From NCBI GenBank assembly GCA_965602855.1, contig CBFCZV010000006.1, positions 13,181 to 77,180 of the forward strand: 64,000 bases of DNA, written 5' to 3'. The DNA is from an uncultured Gammaproteobacteria bacterium. Lineage in GTDB: Bacteria > Pseudomonadota > Gammaproteobacteria > SZUA-229. The position numbers were made by a program, and so were the translations under genes. Shown here one piece after another: positions 62,346-64,000 of the stretch (position 1 is its first letter; every line of letters begins with the position of its first letter). The notes below the pieces were generated by a model, which had not been told where the DNA came from, ran no database searches, and saw only the letters and a list, made by a program, of their open reading frames with translations.

Positions 62346-63426
62346 ATACAACTTTTCGATCTTTATTGTGTCCTGCACCAATGCTCCATCTAAACGCTAA
62401 AGAAAAAAGTATTATGAGCGGAATAATTGACAACACACCTCCCTTTAACATAAACAACAACCACATGTTATGTATTCCGGCAATCATTCCCATATACGCC
62501 ATTTGTTTATCTGTTGGCAAGCCAAATAATGGATGTTCAAAGATCAACTCTAGCGACATGATGTAGGAATCCCACCGATCCATTACACTCTGTCTCGTAC
62601 CACCCGACCCTAGTATCAAATCTAATAAGAATGGATACAACACATATCCAGCAATTAGGGCAGTCACTCCTGCGACAAAAATCAAAAAATAATTAATAAA
62701 TCTTTCAGAGCCTTTCATTTTAATTATGCGCATCATCACCCTATAAGACACATAACCAATAATTATTGATAAAACAACGTTTCGTGACTGCGATGCAATA
62801 ACACCCGCCAATAAAATGACTATCATCAATAGCTTTACTAATGGATTTATTTTTATTGGCTTTGGTATTAGGTATAGCAACACAAATAAAGAGAAGGTCA
62901 ACATAATTGCCATATCTCCATAGTTTGCTAACAATCCTGCTGATCTACCTATACCCTCTAATCCTAGCCTGTCGCCAGCCACGCTCCGACTAAATTCCAA
63001 ATGAATTATGTCTACTGCCTGCAAAAATGCAAAAGAAGCAATAACTATCCCATCTATAAGAATTATGACTAGCGTTCGTTTATATTGATATATCGTTGAT
63101 ATAAATAGTAATGGAATTATAAAGTAAAGCTTGAACTTCACTTCTGGGATCATGATCTTAAGCATGTCACTAAAAGTGCCTGTAGACGTAAATGCCATTA
63201 TAAGAAACATTAAATGAATGATAACCAATGTAATTACAATTCTTACTCTGCGCGCACTCTCGAGTGTGGAGTTAGTTGTTATTAACTGTACGGGTATTAA
63301 AATAACTAACAATATTGTTAATATATTATCTAAAGATAACGATCCATATATATCAAACTGATTAAACGGAAGCGCCAGCAACCATAGTATAAAGATCCTA
63401 TCAATATTTGTTGTACGATTATTCAT
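62110..63426 (-). CDS. O-antigen ligase/polymerase (Wzy_C) family protein
   Basis: Multi-TM, SQSRN, R...HPLFG and HNMWL motifs. Confidence 0.85.
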   Translation of the reverse strand: MNNRTTNIDRIFILWLLALPFNQFDIYGSLSLDNILTILLVILIPVQLITTNSTLESARRVRIVITLVIIHLMFLIMAFTSTGTFSDMLKIMIPEVKFKLYFIIPLLFISTIYQYKRTLVIILIDGIVIASFAFLQAVDIIHLEFSRSVAGDRLGLEGIGRSAGLLANYGDMAIMLTFSLFVLLYLIPKPIKINPLVKLLMIVILLAGVIASQSRNVVLSIIIGYVSYRVMMRIIKMKGSERFINYFLIFVAGVTALIAGYVLYPFLLDLILGSGGTRQSVMDRWDSYIMSLELIFEHPLFGLPTDKQMAYMGMIAGIHNMWLLFMLKGGVLSIIPLIILFSLAFRWSIGAGHNKDRKVVSSIVASMVIVLLASSMAYVVVYSNIFWAIFGLLISYGAVKNEERIVSSENIVIDKTKPRILRKKLNHDGNINHRNPSE

Positions 63427-63483
63427 GTTCTTTAAATAAGAGATTCTCTGTTTTTCAAATTTTAAGCGAAGAAGTATTCCGGG

Positions 63484-63999
63484 CTATTTTCTTTTTATCA
63501 GTTGTAAAAGCAACTGCTTTACGATAACCAAAACAAAAATTGTGTTCGTATAAAAATATCGCTTCCACAATCTTCCAGGCTCACGATACAATCGGTACAA
63601 CCATTCTAAACTGTACTTTTTCATCCATTCCGGCGCACGTGATTTGACTCCTGCATGAAAATCAAAACCAGCACCCACGCCCAGTAGTACAGCCGGTTTC
63701 AGCTGTTCCCAGTGTTTAGCCATCCAGTATTCCTGTTTTGGCGCACCAAGTCCAACCCATATAACATCAGCTCCTGATTTACTGATACTGTCAAGATTGT
63801 TTTCAATTTCCAATGATGCCAGCTCCCTAAAGGGAGGCGAACAAGCTCCTACGATAACAGCTTCTGGGTATAGTCCTGAGAAATTTTCTCTAAGTTTTTC
63901 AAGGGTATCAGGCGTAGAACCATAAAAATAATGCTTGATACCTTTTGCAGAACTAAAAAAGTTCGGCATGAAGTCGGGACCAGCAACCTGATCTACTGG
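63484..63999 (-). CDS. WecB/TagA/CpsF-family glycosyltransferase (5' end outside window)
   Basis: VAGPDFM, SPPFR, WVGLGAPKQE, GVGAGFDF, RAPEWM and LEWLYRL..EPGRLWKRY. Confidence 0.93.
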   Translation of the reverse strand, partial: PVDQVAGPDFMPNFFSSAKGIKHYFYGSTPDTLEKLRENFSGLYPEAVIVGACSPPFRELASLEIENNLDSISKSGADVIWVGLGAPKQEYWMAKHWEQLKPAVLLGVGAGFDFHAGVKSRAPEWMKKYSLEWLYRLYREPGRLWKRYFYTNTIFVLVIVKQLLLQLIKRK

Positions 64000-64000
64000 C

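Overview
Gammaproteobacterial chromosome segment (organism type inferred from gene content only). Bases 1-12.7 kb are housekeeping genes: partial rhodanese, HMA protein, queA-tgt-yajC-secD-secF-ctaB, an atypical stand-alone heme-copper-oxidase subunit I homolog, mfd and csiV. From 12.9 kb to the end is a >51-kb, largely AT-richer cell-surface locus built around a VPLPA-CTERM/exosortase D (PEP-CTERM-type) system. It contains prsT-prsK-prsR, xrtD-epsI, wza/wzc-like export genes, wzx, wzy, glycosyltransferases, acyltransferases, gmd and a sat-cysC fusion. The most unusual part is a block of five tandem TPR-sulfotransferases plus a SEC-C/TPR SPINDLY-like GT41 enzyme, directly downstream of a sigma54-type-promoter-driven VPLPA-CTERM protein. 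Divergent from that gene are a FadL-like barrel and a large Ig-repeat surface protein carrying the same uncharacterised domain family. Working hypothesis (inference): a system that makes sulfated, possibly fucosylated, surface proteins/EPS. Also seen: three candidate PrsR boxes, a collapsed SEC-C/sulfotransferase pseudogene, a 603-bp-period internal gene duplication, an IS3 remnant, and a ~375-bp diverged direct repeat flanking an MBOAT cassette. No tRNA, rRNA or CRISPR array was recognised.
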